Made by a program: the position numbers and the translations under genes. Below, one piece after another: positions 50,651 through 64,000 of a DNA stretch of 64,000 nucleotides. Location of the stretch: positions 11,966,001 to 12,030,000 of the forward strand of contig NC_043025.1 of the NCBI RefSeq assembly GCF_006345805.1, in the 5' to 3' direction. Within the stretch, counting starts at the first letter, position 1; each line of letters begins with the position of its first letter. This stretch comes from Octopus sinensis (Eukaryota). The notes under the pieces are model-generated. The model did no database searches, was not told the origin of the DNA, and worked only from the letters and a program-made list of their open reading frames with translations.

Positions 50651-53600
50651 GCTTATAATGCTTCTTATCTTCACTTATAATGCTTGAATGCTTCTTATTG
50701 TCACTTATAATGTTTGTTATTGTCACTTATAATGCTTGCTATTGTCACTTATAATGCTTATTGTTACTTATAATGCTTATTGTCACTTATAATGCTTATT
50801 ATTACTTATAATGCTTATTATTACTTATAATGCTTCTTGTCACTTATAATGCTTATTATTACTTATAATGCTTATTGTTACTTATAATGCTTATTGTCAC
50901 TTATAATGCTTATTGTCAGTTATAATGCTTATTGTTACTTATAATGCTTATTGTCAGTTATAATGCTTATTGTTACTTATAATGCTTATTGTCACTTATA
51001 ATGCTTATTATTACTTATAATGCTTATTGTTACTTATAATGCTTATTGTCACTTATAATGCTTATTGTTACTTATAATGCTTGTTTTTTGTTACTTATAA
51101 TGCTTATTGTCACTTATAATGCTTATTGTCACTTATAATGCTTATTGATACTTATAATGCTTATTGTCACTTATAATGCTTATTGTCACTTATAATGTTT
51201 ATTGTTACTTATAATGCTTATTGTCACTTATAATGCTTATTGTCACTTATAATGCTTATTATTACTTATAATGCTTATTGTCACTTATAATGCTTCTTAT
51301 TACTTATAATGCTTATTGTCACTTATAATGCTTATTGTCACTTATAATGCTTATTGTTACTTATAATGCTTATTGTCACTTATAATGCTTATTGTCACTT
51401 ATGTTTGTTATCGTCACTTATAATGCTTATTGTCACTTATAATGCTTATTGTCACTTATAATGCTTATTGTTACTTATAATGCTTATTGTCACTTATAAT
51501 GCTTATTATTACTTATAATGCTTATTGTCACTTAAAATGCTTATTATTACTTATAATGCTTATTGTCACTTAAAATGCTTATTATTACTTATAATGCTTA
51601 TTGTCAGTTATAATGCTTATTGTCACTTATAATGCTTATTGTCACCTATAATGCTTATTATTACTTATAATGCTTATTGTCACTTATAATGCTTATTATT
51701 ACTTATAATGCTTATTGTTACTTATAATGCTTATTGTCACTTATAATGCTTATTATTACTTATAATGCTTATTGTCACTTATAATGCTTATTGTTACTTA
51801 TAATGCTTATTGTCACTTATAATGCTTATTGTTACTTATAATGCTTATTGTCACTTATAATGCTTATTGTTACTTATAATGCTTATTGTCACTTATAATG
51901 CTTATTGTCACTTATAATGCTTATTGTTACTTATAATGCTTATTATTACTTATAATGCTTGTTATTGTTACTTATAATGCTTATTATTACTTATAATGTT
52001 TATTGTCACTTATAATGCTTATTGTCACTTATAATGCTTATTGTCACTTATAATGCTTATTATTACTTATAATGCTTAATGTCACTTATAATGCTTATTG
52101 TCACTGATAATGCTTATTATTACTTATAATGCTTATTATTACTTATAATGCTTATTGTCACTTATAATGCTTATTGTCACTTATAATGCTTATTGTTACT
52201 TATAATGCTTATTGTCACTTATAATGCTTATTGTTACTTATAATGCTTATTATTACTTATAATGCTTATTATTACTTATAATGCTTATTGTCACTTATAA
52301 TGCTTATTGTTACTTATAATGCTTAATGTCACTTATAATGCTTATTGTCACTGATAATGCTTATTATTACTTATAATGCTTATTATTACTTATAATGCTT
52401 ATTGTCACTTATAATGCTTATTGTCACTTATAATGCTTATTGTTACTTATAATGCTTATTGTCACTTATAATGCTTATTGTTACTTATAATGCTTATTAT
52501 TACTTATAATGCTTATTATTACTTATAATGCTTATTGTCACTTATAATGCTTATTGTTACTTATAATGCTTATTATTACTTATAATGCTTATTGTCACTT
52601 ATAATGCTTATTGTTACTTATAATGCTTATTATTACTTATAATGCTTATTGTCACTTATAATGCTTATTGTTACTTATAATGCTTATTGTCACTTATAAT
52701 GCTTTATTGTTACTTATAATGCTTATTGTCACTTATAGTGCTTATTATTACTTATAATGCTTATTGTCACTTATAATGCTTATTATTACTTATAATGCTT
52801 ATTGTCACTTATAATGCTTATTGTTACTTATAATGCTTATTGTTACTTATAATGCTTATTATTACTTATAATGCTTATTGTCACTTATAATGCTTATTAT
52901 TACTTATAATGCTTATTGTCACTTATAATGCTTATTATTACTTATAATGCTTATTGTCACTTATAATGCTTATTGTTACTTATAATGCTTATTGTCACTT
53001 ATAGTGCTTATTATTACTTAATGCTTATTGTCACTTATAATGCTTATTATTACTTATAATGCTTATTGTCACTTATGCTTATTGTTACTTATAATGCTTA
53101 TTGTTACTTATAATGCTTATTATTACTTATAATGCTTATTGTCACTTATAGTGCTTATTATTACTTATAATGCTTATTGTCACTTATAATGCTTATTGTC
53201 ACTTATAATGCTTATTGTTACTTATAATGCTTATTGTCACTTATAATGCTTATTGTCACTTATAGTGCTTATTGTTACTTATAATGCTTATTGTCACTTA
53301 TAATGCTTATTGTTACTTATAATGCTTATTATTACTTATAATGCTTATTGTTACTTATAATGCTTATTATTACTTATAATGCTTATTGTCACTTATAGTG
53401 CTTATTATTACTTATAATGCTTATTGTCACTTATAATGCTTATTGTCACTTATAATGCTTATTGTCACTTATAATGCTTATTGTTACTTATAATGCTTAT
53501 TGTCACTTATAATGCTTATTGTTACTTATAATGCTTATTGTTACTTATAATGCTTATTAGTACTTATAATGCTTATTGTCACTTATAATGTTTATTATTA

Positions 53601-53816
53601 CTTATAATGCTTATTGTCACTTATAATGCTTATTGTTACTTATAATGCTTATTGTCACTTATAATGCTTATTATTACTTATAATGCTTATTGTTACTTAT
53701 AATGCTTATTGTCACTTATAATGCTTATTGTTACTTATAATGCTTATTATTACTTATAATGCTTATTGTTACTTATAATGCTTATTACTTATAATGCTTA
53801 TTGTCACTTATAATGC
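50651..53816. repeat. 19-bp minisatellite cttataatgcttatt(gtc/gtt/att)a, roughly 165 units
   Basis: Directly visible; begins about 8 bp 5' of the ANKAR ATG. Confidence 0.98.
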
Positions 53817-54017
53817 TTGTTATTGTTGTTGTTGCTGCTGCTGCTCCTCTCGTTGCTATTGCTGTTGTTGTTGTTGTTGTTGTTACTCTTGCAGGTGCTG
53901 TTGCTGCTGCTGTGGTTGTTTAATAACTATTGGGGCTTCGTTCAGTTTCTTCGGTTTTCTCTTCCTCGCAAGCACCACCAACAACAACAACAAATACAGC
54001 ACCTCCGCCTCCACAAC

Positions 54018-54048
<31 letters not shown>

Positions 54049-54279
54049 ACCACCGCCACCTTTGCCACTACAACCACTACCACTGCAGTCACTACTACAA
54101 CTCAACTACAATGTTACTATGACCGATACAGTAACCACCACAGCTGCTGCTACTACTACTACTACTACTACTATTGTTACTACCACCACACTACCACTAC
54201 CACTGAAACTACTATTGTAACCACTATGACCACTTCTGCCACTACTACAACAATACTAATGTCACAGTTGCTGCTGCTG

Positions 54280-54324
<45 letters not shown>

Positions 54325-54340
54325 ATACTACTACTAATAC
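53817..54340. repeat. Mixed trinucleotide tracts (TGC/TGT, CCG/CCA, ACT)
   Basis: Directly visible. Confidence 0.9.
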
Positions 54341-56524
54341 GCTAACACATTCACCACCATTTCTCCCATTATCAATGATTCTATGACAAAAGGGAAAAGA
54401 GGGAGTTTTGCTGCTATGATAGTTGGATGGGAAGAATTCCTTGGGGGTCTTGTTTGGTGGTCAGAATCTGGCGGTCAGTTCCTGTACTGTGCGGCCCCCC
54501 CTCCTATAAAATACTCTTGGCACTTGTGGTTTACTGTTGTTGGTGATCAGTGGTCACCCGTACTGTATGGCCCCTGAAGGACCTCCTGCCCTGTAGGACT
54601 CCTCTATGCGACTGTGGTTTACTGCAAGGGCCAGCAGCCACCTGTAACATTTAGGGGTCAGTGGGTCAGTTACAGCAGTAGTCAGTAACCTCCAGCACTG
54701 TCCGACTGTCTATAGATCCTTATAGGGCCTTCTATCATCTTCTCTCGGTGCTTGGTGTTTACTGTTAGGGGTCACCAGACTCCGGTAACACTCAATGGTT
54801 TCCTGTATGGGGTGGGGGTCAGTTAGTTACTACAGTGTTTAGTGACCTTCTGCTCTATATGGCCCTTTATGGATTCTTCTAGGTGCATAGGTTTATAGAT
54901 GGGGGTCAGAAAAACTCTTGTAAGAGTTATAGTAGTGGTCAGTGGGTTCCTCTAAGGTTCAGCAGATGTTGGCTGGTGGAGAGGTGGAGAGGTGGGGTGG
55001 TCACCGAGTTCCTGAAGGATGGATTTGGAGTAAAGTTTTTATAAGGTAGGGACAGGGATAAGGGGAGGGGGGACAATGAGCATAGGGCTCAGTGAGCTCC
55101 TGTAGGGGTCAGTATGCTTCTCTAGGTCACAGTAGGTTGCTATAAGGGACAGTTGATGTAGAGGGTAGTGTACCCTTGCATGGGCTAGTATGTTCGCGTA
55201 GGGGACAGTGGACCCCTGTACAAGCCAGTGTGCTGCTGTGAGAGATTGGGTATTTCTATAGGGGACAGTTGGTGTAGGGTTTAGTGGGCCCCTGTAAGGG
55301 ACAGTAGAATTCAGTGGGCTCCAGTAGCATTCAGTATACTACTATAGGGATTTTGTTCTGCCTGTAGTTGTTAGTCATCTCCTTTAAGGTTCACTGGGAC
55401 ACTGAAACAATCAGGGAACATTCTGGTACCTGAAACATAGAGAATTAGAATGAGGGGTTTAAACATCATCAATATAGCAGGGTTATTTAGCGGTCAGCAA
55501 TATTTACTCTTTTACTCGTTTCAGTCATTTGACTGCGGCCATGCTGGAGCACCGCCTTTTAATCGAGCAACTCGACCCCGGGACTTATTCTTTTGTAAGC
55601 CCAGTACTTATTCTATCGGTTCTCTTTTTGCCGAACCGCTAAGTAACGGGGACGTAAACACACCAGCATTGGTTGTCAAGCAATGCTAGGGGGACAAACA
55701 CAGACACACAAACACACACACGCACACATATATATATACATATATACGACGGGCTTCTTTCAGTTTCCGTCTACCAAATCCACTCACAAGGCTTTGGTCG
55801 GCCCGAGGCTATAGTAGAAGACACCTGCCCAAGGTGCCACACAGTGGGACTGAAAAAAGGACATAAAAAGCACATGATTCCCCGATGAGATTTGAACCCA
55901 TTCCTCTATTGTTAAAGGAGCAACCACATTCTAGATGACACTAAAATAAAACACGATAAACTGTTTCTGCTACAGTAATTCTTTCTAATATAGGCACAAG
56001 GCTTGGAATTTTATGGGAGAGAATTCCAACTGGGCTTCTTTCAGTTTCCGTCTTTCAAATCCACTGACAAGGCTTTGGTCGGCCCGAGGCTATAACAGAA
56101 CCATGTGATGGGAAGCAATCTTCTAATTTATTTATTGCCCACAAGGAGCTAAATGCAAAGGGGACAATCAAAGACAGACATAGGTATTAAGTCGATTACA
56201 TCGACCCCAGTGCGTAACTGGTACTTAATTTATTGACCCCGAAAGGATGAAAGGCAAAGTTGACCTCGGCAGAATTTGAACTCAGAACGTAACGGCAGAC
56301 GAAATACCTATTTCTTTACTACCCACAAGGGGCTAAACACAGAGGGGACAAACAAGGCCAGACATAGGTATTAAGTCGATTATATCGACCCCAGTGTGTA
56401 ACTGGTACTTAATTTATCGACCCAAAAAAGGATGAAAGGCAAAGTCGACCTCGGCGGAATTTGAACTCAGAACGTAACGGCAGACGAAATACCGCTAAGC
56501 ATTTCACCCGGCGTGCTAACATAA

Positions 56525-57050
56525 AATCACATGTCAAAACACATATGGTTGTGATGCATGTACTTGGTGTACCCTTATCACCGGGTAGTCATGGTGGGTA
56601 TACTGGGCTTCGTATATTTTACCCTAGTGTCACTTTGATGGCATGAACTGCAACCTGAAGAAAATTCTAACTGGGCCCCACCTGCAAGGTCATGTGCTGT
56701 TTATCTTGATATGAGATCACCATGTCATGCACATGATTGTGATGCATGTGCCTGGTGTACCCTTATCACCGGGTAGACATGATGGGTATACTGGGCTTCG
56801 TATATTTTACCCCAGTGTCACTTTGATGGCATGACTGCAACCTGAAGAAAATTCTAGCTGGGCCCACCTGCAAGGTCATGTGCTGTTTATCTTGATATGA
56901 GATCACCATGTCATGCACATATGGTTGTGATGCATGTGCCTGGTGTACCTTTATCAGACGGGTAGTCATGATGGGTATATTGGGCTTCGTATATTTTACC
57001 CCAGTGTCACTTTGATGGCATGAACTGCTCTCTCACTCAATAATAATAAT
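56525..57050 (+). repeat. About 2.7 tandem copies of a ~188-bp retroposon-like unit ending in (AAT)n
   Basis: Unit starts at about 56541, 56731 and 56917; terminal ctcactc(aat)n tail. Confidence 0.8.
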
Positions 57051-58020
57051 CCTTTCTATGATAGGAACAAGACCTGAAATATGAGGGGCAGGGACTAGTC
57101 GATTTACTTAATTTATCGACCCCAAAAGGATGAATGGTAAAATCAACCTTGGCAGAATTTGAACTCAGATGGACAAAATGCTGGTAAGCATTTTGGCCAA
57201 TGTGCTAATGATTCTGCCAGCTCACTACCTTACTCAATAATAATAATAATAATAATAATAATTAATTCTTTTTTATTGGCCACAAGGGCTGACATGCATG
57301 ATTTGAAACATGAAGGGACAAGACAGGACGAAAGGTTACAAAGGGTTTTGCCGTTTTTGAAAAACATCGAGTAAAAACTGTATAACAATAATTATAAAAC
57401 AATGAAAAACTCCCAAAAGGGGGAGATGTTTCGAAAGGTTCCTTGTGGAAAAAACCCTACAAAAGCCAACGGGAGCCTGGTCAAAAAAGGGGTGTAGAGA
57501 GTCCCCTTTTTTCTCCTTTTACATTACCTTTTACTTGTTTCAGTCATTTGACTGTGGCAATATGTATTAAGAATCTGGGTACTTTACCAACAGTATATTG
57601 GATAAATACTATCCCATCGTGGGTTACACCCATAACCCCTAACTTACTTTGTGGTGTATATATATATATATGTATACATATATAGACACATATCGTGACA
57701 CTCCATCGGTTACGACGACGAGGGTCCCAGCTGATACGATCAACAGAAAAGCCTGCTCATAAATTTAATGTGCAAGTGGCTGAGTACTCCACAGATACGT
57801 GTACCCTTACCGTAGTTCTTGGGGAGATTCAGCGTGACACAGAGTGTGACAAGACAGGCCCTTTGAAATACAGGTACAACTCATTTTTGCCAGCTGAGTG
57901 GACTGGAGCAATGTGAAATAAAGTGTCTTGCTCAAGAACACAACACGTCACCAGGGATTGAACACATGACCTTACAATCATGAGCCAAATGCCCTAACCA
58001 CTAAGCCACGCACCTTCACA

Positions 58021-58056
<36 letters not shown>

Positions 58057-58297
58057 GCATACATGTATACACACATACACACACACATATGTACATACAT
58101 ACACACAAACAAAATAACTTTCATGAGATCACAAAAACAGCAGCCAAATCGTACTCAATGTATACACTCCCCTCTTCTAAAAAGGAAGGTAACATTTGAT
58201 AATACATACCTCCAAAAATACAGATTGTTATAACAGCTAGAATCCTTCTGCTTGAAAGTTTGATTGACCTGGGGCTAAAAAGAAAACAAAACATACA

Positions 58298-58360
<63 letters not shown>

Positions 58361-59389
58361 GTAATGTTGGCAAATGAAATAAGTATAAGAATGTGCATTG
58401 TCCGTTTAATTAAAAAATTATATATGTGGCTGAAGATTGCTCGACATTTTAAAACTGATGTAATACTTACTTTGTTTGATAAAATGAAGCAGCATGAAAC
58501 AATTGTACTACTCTACCTTGGATATCCTTGTTGCTTATTTTGATTATATATATATATATATGTTACTTGTTTCAGTCATGTGACTGTGGCCATGCTGGAA
58601 TGCCACCTTTAGTCGATCAAATTGACCCCAGGACTTATTCTTTGTAAGCCTAGTACTTATTTTATCGGTCTCTTTTTTGCCGAACCGCTAGGTGACGGGG
58701 ACATAAACACACCAGCATCGGTTGTAAAGTGATGTTGGATGCGACAAACACAGACACACAAACATATACACACACATACACACACACACACACATATATA
58801 TATATAAACATAACTTTCCCATTTGGAAGCCTCTTATTGTATTTATATATATATATATATACATACACACACACATATATATATATATACATACATACAT
58901 ATATATATATATATACATATATACGATGGGCTTCTTTGAGTTTCCGTCTACCAAATCCACTCACAAGGATTTGGTCGGCTCGAGGCTATAGTAGAAGACA
59001 CTTGCCCATGGTGCCACACAGTGGGACTGAACCCGGAACCATGTGGTTGGTAAGCAAGCTACTTACCACACAGCCACTCCTGCAGCTAATAGTCCGCTTG
59101 AGTCACTTAGTGGGTGTTGAGGATTCTCCTATTACAGTGTGTGTTTGTGTGCATGAGTGTGTGTGAATATGATTGTGTATGTGTGTGTGTGTGTGTGTGT
59201 GTCCAAGGATCTTATAGGCCGCAGTTGAGAACCACTGATCTAAATTAAGGATGGAGTTTGGAGTAAGTATGAGAAGGAAGCTGAGTATTTGGTTGTCGTG
59301 TGGTCCCAAAGTCATCTTAGCTTGAATCAACAGTCCTACGTGGTCTTTTATTTTTGGTCTACATACGATGCCACCATCCGACTAACCTG

Positions 59390-59449
59390 CACCACCAGCA
59401 CCACACCACCACAACCATCACAACCACCACCACCATCATCATCACCACC

Positions 59450-59480
<31 letters not shown>

Positions 59481-59578
59481 GCCTCATCATCATCATCACC
59501 ACCACCACCACCACTACCATCACAACCAATACCACCACCACCATCACCACCACCACCACAACTACCACCACCATCATC

Positions 59579-59610
<32 letters not shown>

Positions 59611-59815
59611 GATCATCATCATAAGCCTCATCATCACCATCACATCACCATCATCATTACCATCACCATCACCACCACCATCACCACCACCACCATCACC
59701 ACCACCACCAACAACTACCACCACCATCACCACACCACCACCACCACTACCATCACAACAATACCACCACCACCATCACAACCACCACCACCACAACACC
59801 ACCACCATCATCACC

Positions 59816-59847
<32 letters not shown>

Positions 59848-60713
59848 GATCATCATCATAAGCCTCATCATCACCATCACCACCACCACCACCACCACCA
59901 CTACCATCACAACCAATACCACCACCACCATCACCACCACCACCACCACCACTACCATCACAACCAATACCACCACCACCATCACCACCACCACCACAAC
60001 TACCACCACCATCATCACCACCACCACCACCACCATCATCATTATCATCATGATCATCATCATAAGCCTCATCATCACCGTCACCACCACCACCACCACA
60101 CCACCACCACCACCACTACCATCACAACCAATACCACCACTACCACCACCACCACCACCCACCACCATTTGCCAGGCTGGAGTGTATCATATGAAGTACA
60201 GACTGGCAGTCTGGACATGTCCGTTCTCTCTCAGCTGTCCGATCTATTTCGGGGGTGTCTGCGGATTAGAGAGATCTTAAGTAGTGTTGTTATTGTTATT
60301 GTTGGCTGGCGGATTGGCCGAATCGATAGTGTGTGGCAGATTGAAGTACTTTACGGAATTAGTTTTCGGTTGTGTGTGCCCTGAGCTCAAATCCCAGCGG
60401 GGTCAAGTTTGTCTTTCGTCCTTTCTGCGAAAGTACTCATCACCATCATCATCATAATCAACATCCTCATCATCATCATCATCACCATCATCATCATCAC
60501 CATCACCATCATTATCACCATCATCATCATCATCACCATCACCATCATCATCATCATCACCATCACCATCACCATCATCATCATCATCATCACCATCATC
60601 ATCATCGTCATCATCAGCACCATCACCATCACCATCACCATCATCATCACCATCATCATCATCATCACCATCATCATCATCGTCATCATCAGCACCATCA
60701 CCATCATCATTAC

Positions 60714-60744
<31 letters not shown>

Positions 60745-61005
60745 TTCATCGTCATCATCACCATCATCATCATCATCACCATCATCACCATCATCATCAT
60801 CGTCATCATCACCATCATCATCATCATCATCATCATCAACATCCTCATCATCATCAACATCACCATCATCATCATCATCGTCATCATCACCATCACCATC
60901 ATCATCGTCATCATCATCATCGCCATCATCACCATCATCATCACCATCACCATCATCATCATCATCATCAACATTGTCATCATCGTCATCATCGTCATCA
61001 TCATT
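59390..61005. repeat. Two long (CAC/CAT)n trinucleotide tracts (59390-60170, 60437-61005)
   Basis: Directly visible; source of the poly-His/Thr/Met artefact ORFs. Confidence 0.95.
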
Positions 61006-61609
61006 TAACGTCCATTTTCCATGCTAGCAGGAAGTGAGAAAGTCTTTTATGCTTCGAGCCTGTGCTCTTTGACAGTTGGGAACACGGGAATAAACAGGGA
61101 GAGAAAATAAAATATGTATGTATGTATGTATGTACGACGGGCTTCTTTCAGTTTCCATCTTCCAAATCCACTCACAAGGCTTTGGTCAGCCCGAGGCTTT
61201 AACAGAACCATGTGATTGGGAAGCAATCTTCTTATTTCTTTATTGCCCACAAGGGGCTAAACACAGAGGGGACAAACAAGGACAGACAAAGGGATTAATT
61301 CGTTTACATCAACCCCAGTGCGTAACTGGTACTTAATTTATCGACTCCGAAAGGATGAATGGCAAAGTCGACCTCGGCGGAATTTGAACTCAGAACGTAA
61401 CAGCAGAAGAAATACATATTTCTTTACTACCCACAAGGGGCTAAACACAGAGGGGACAAACAAGGACAGACATAGGTATTAAGTCAATTATATCGACCCC
61501 AGTGTGTAACTGGTACTTAATTTATCGACCCCGAAAGGATGAAAGGCAAAGTCGACCTCGGTGGAATTTGAACTCAGAACGTAAAGACAGATGAAATACT
61601 GCTAAGCAT

Positions 61610-61822
61610 TTCTCCGTCCGGGTTGCGGATCCGTGGAATCAGCTGCCGGACAAGATAGTGAAGATGCTGCCGACCGCTCGGTTCAAAGCCTCTCTTGACC
61701 AGAAATGGCCTGAACTCTTTGCATGAACACCCTCCCTGTACATAACTCCATGTCCCCCTACATGGCCTTGCTTTTTGCTTTTTGAGCCAAAAAATTAACT
61801 TAACTTAACTTAACTTAACTTA
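61610..61822 (+). mobile_element. CR1-like LINE 3' end with (TTAAC)n tail
   Basis: FSVRVADPWNQLPDKIV...FKASLDQKWPELF followed by a pentamer tail. Confidence 0.7.
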
Positions 61823-63228
61823 TTGTAGCGGTCCTTCCGTTTTTCTAAGCCCTGTAAAAGAACTCGGAAGATTGGGCTTCCGACCGGCCTTAAAGCCATG
61901 AATTTTTCAGCACTCCTTCGTATGTGTGTGTGTGTGTTTTTAAAGATGGTAAGATTTATGCCAGCCTCGCCTGGCACATAAAAAGCACCCACTACACTCA
62001 CGGAGTGGTTGGCGTTAGGAAGGGCATCCAGCTGTAGAAACATTGCCAGATAAGACTGGAGCCTGGTGCAGCCTTCTGGCTTCCCAGATCCCCAGTCGAA
62101 CCGTCCAACCCATGCTAGCATGGAGAACGGACGTTAAACGATGATGATGATGATCATGATGATTTAGCTGCTGTGATTTGTGGAGCAAGTAACCCTGTCA
62201 GAAGGTCCTGTGTTGGCGTGTAGTTGGGAGGGGAGACGATACGGGGAGATGGGGAGATACTGTGAGAAAGACAGAGAGAAAAAGGAAGGAGTGGCTGTGA
62301 GGTAAGTAGCTTGCTAACCAACCACATGGTTCCGGGTTCAGTCCCACTGCGTGGCACCTTGGGCAAGTGTCTTCTACTGTAGCCTCAGGCCGACCAAAGC
62401 CTTGTGAGTGGATTTGGTAGACGGAAACTGAAAGAAGCCTGTCGTATATATGTATGTATATATATATATGTGTGCCTGTGTGTTTGTGTGTCTGTGTTTG
62501 TCCCCCTAGCATTGCTTGACAACCAATGCTGGTGTGTTTACATCCCCGTCACTTAGCCGTTTGGCAAAAGAGACCGATAGAATAAGTACTGGGCTTACAA
62601 AAAGAATAAGTCCCGGGGTCGAGTTGCTCAACTTAAAGGTGGTGCTCCAGCATGGCCGCAGTCAAATGACTGAAACAAGTAAAAGAGAGTAAAAGAGTAT
62701 AGAAAGAAAGGAGAGACTGAGAGGTGAGGAGAAACTCGGAGAGAGAGAGGAGAGGGAGATTCAGAAAGAGATAGGAAAGTGAGAGAGAGGAAGGGCAGAG
62801 ACACAGAGAAAGAAGAAAAGAAAATCACATCACAGGGGGAAAGAGACAGAGAGAGAGAGAAGAAGGAACTATGTGGTAACAGCAGAAATGTGGGATCTTT
62901 TCCGTTTGACCGGCAGTTTTTTAAAATAATTTCCACCTAACTAAACACTTTTAAACTTCATATACTGGTAGAATGTGTTTATAAAACATCTTTTTCTCTT
63001 GGCTTTATTGAGAAAATTCTATAATTGACAGCAACAAGGCAACGATATAGCCGCTAAGTGGTCACTGGACGTGCTAGAAATAGCAGCCGAATATCGACCC
63101 CGGGACTTATTCTTTTTGTAAGCCCAGTACTTATTCTATCGGTCTCTTTTGCCGAACCGCTAAGTGACTGGGACGTAAACACACCAGCATCGGTTGTCAA
63201 GCAATGCTAGGGGAACAAACACACACAC

Positions 63229-63329
<101 letters not shown>

Positions 63330-63555
63330 GACAGGCTTCTTTCAGTTTCCGTCTACCAGATCCACTCACAAGGCACTGGTCGGCCCGGGGCTATAGCAGA
63401 AGACACTTGCCCAAGGTGCCACGCAGTGGGACTGAACCCGGAACCATGTGGTTGGTTAGCAAGCTACTTACCACACAGCCACTCCTGCGCCTAGATGTTG
63501 AAGATGAAAACAAAACAGATTGGATCTGGGTTTTAAAGTATTAAAGATCGTTGCC

Positions 63556-63680
63556 ACTCACCGATTTACGTGTGTCAGATGATCCAAGCAAACTCCGATT
63601 GAAATGAATGTCACGGACGCCGCACCAGTCATAGCTGGCCGTTGTCAATGACAACCGACAACAAATTTAGCGCGCGCACC
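63556..63680 (-). promoter_or_regulatory. CpG-rich segment with strong donor; candidate first (5'UTR) exon/promoter
   Basis: Minus-strand CG|GTGAGT at 63561; local CpG enrichment (gcgcgcgc, gacgccgc) in unique sequence. Confidence 0.3.
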
Positions 63681-64000
63681 TACACACACACACACCACAC
63701 ACACACACATACGCTATCTCTATCTCTCTCTCTCCATCTCTCTCTCTCTCCATCTCTCTATCTCTCTATCTCTCCATCTCTCTATCTCTCTATCTCTCTA
63801 GTCAACCGCGTCCTCCACTTCATTTTTTTTTTTGTTAATCACTCATTCTCATTTAATTGTATATAAGGGCGATCTTTCGTCTCTAGTAGACCTTTCCGTC
63901 GATTTCCGTAAAAAAAATTTTTTTTTTTACATATGGGCTTGCGGGAACTTTTGAAGTAATATACATACATATACACAGATACATAGATACATACACACAC

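Noticed and set aside
53883-54092. Minus-strand ORF with RKRKPKK and poly-Q as an ANKAR N-terminal extension
   Set aside because: All three frames stop before the minisatellite; no in-frame link to the ATG at 50643.
59354-61037. Histidine-rich / mucin-like ORFs
   Set aside because: Pure CAC/CAT repeats open in several frames; no splice signals or unique coding flanks.

Overview
Eukaryotic, AT-rich, microsatellite- and SINE-saturated genomic DNA. The repeat landscape suggests an octopus or other coleoid cephalopod (inference, not checked against a database). Most ORFs in the supplied track are artefacts of (TA)n, (CA)n and trinucleotide repeats. I reconstructed the real genes by hand from splice sites and phases. 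(1) One fructosamine/ketosamine-3-kinase exon (+, 1454-1628). (2) The last three coding exons of a MYO19-like myosin (+, 3782-3914, 15066-15655, 18413-18520). (3) A six-exon, 827-aa ankyrin+armadillo (ANKAR-like) gene (-, 50643 to 31594). (4) Two orphan minus-strand exon candidates (28957-28810, 19110-18946) that are phase-compatible with ANKAR exon 5. Mobile DNA includes a near full-length R4/Dong-type LINE in an (ATT)n tract with three truncated relatives, a mariner fold-back derivative, and non-autonomous Helitrons plus a RepHel remnant. It also includes TTAA MITEs, GGATC-ended 8-bp-TSD elements (one grown into a 2.7-kb 31-bp satellite), several tRNA-derived SINE families (one forming TSD-flanked head+multimer insertions), and Penelope-like fragments with minimal hammerhead motifs that recur as fold-back palindromes. 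A 3.2-kb 19-bp minisatellite abuts the ANKAR start codon. There is no CRISPR array or other prokaryotic feature. A 100-N gap lies at 2512-2611. Boundaries of repeat features are approximate unless a TSD or TIR is quoted.
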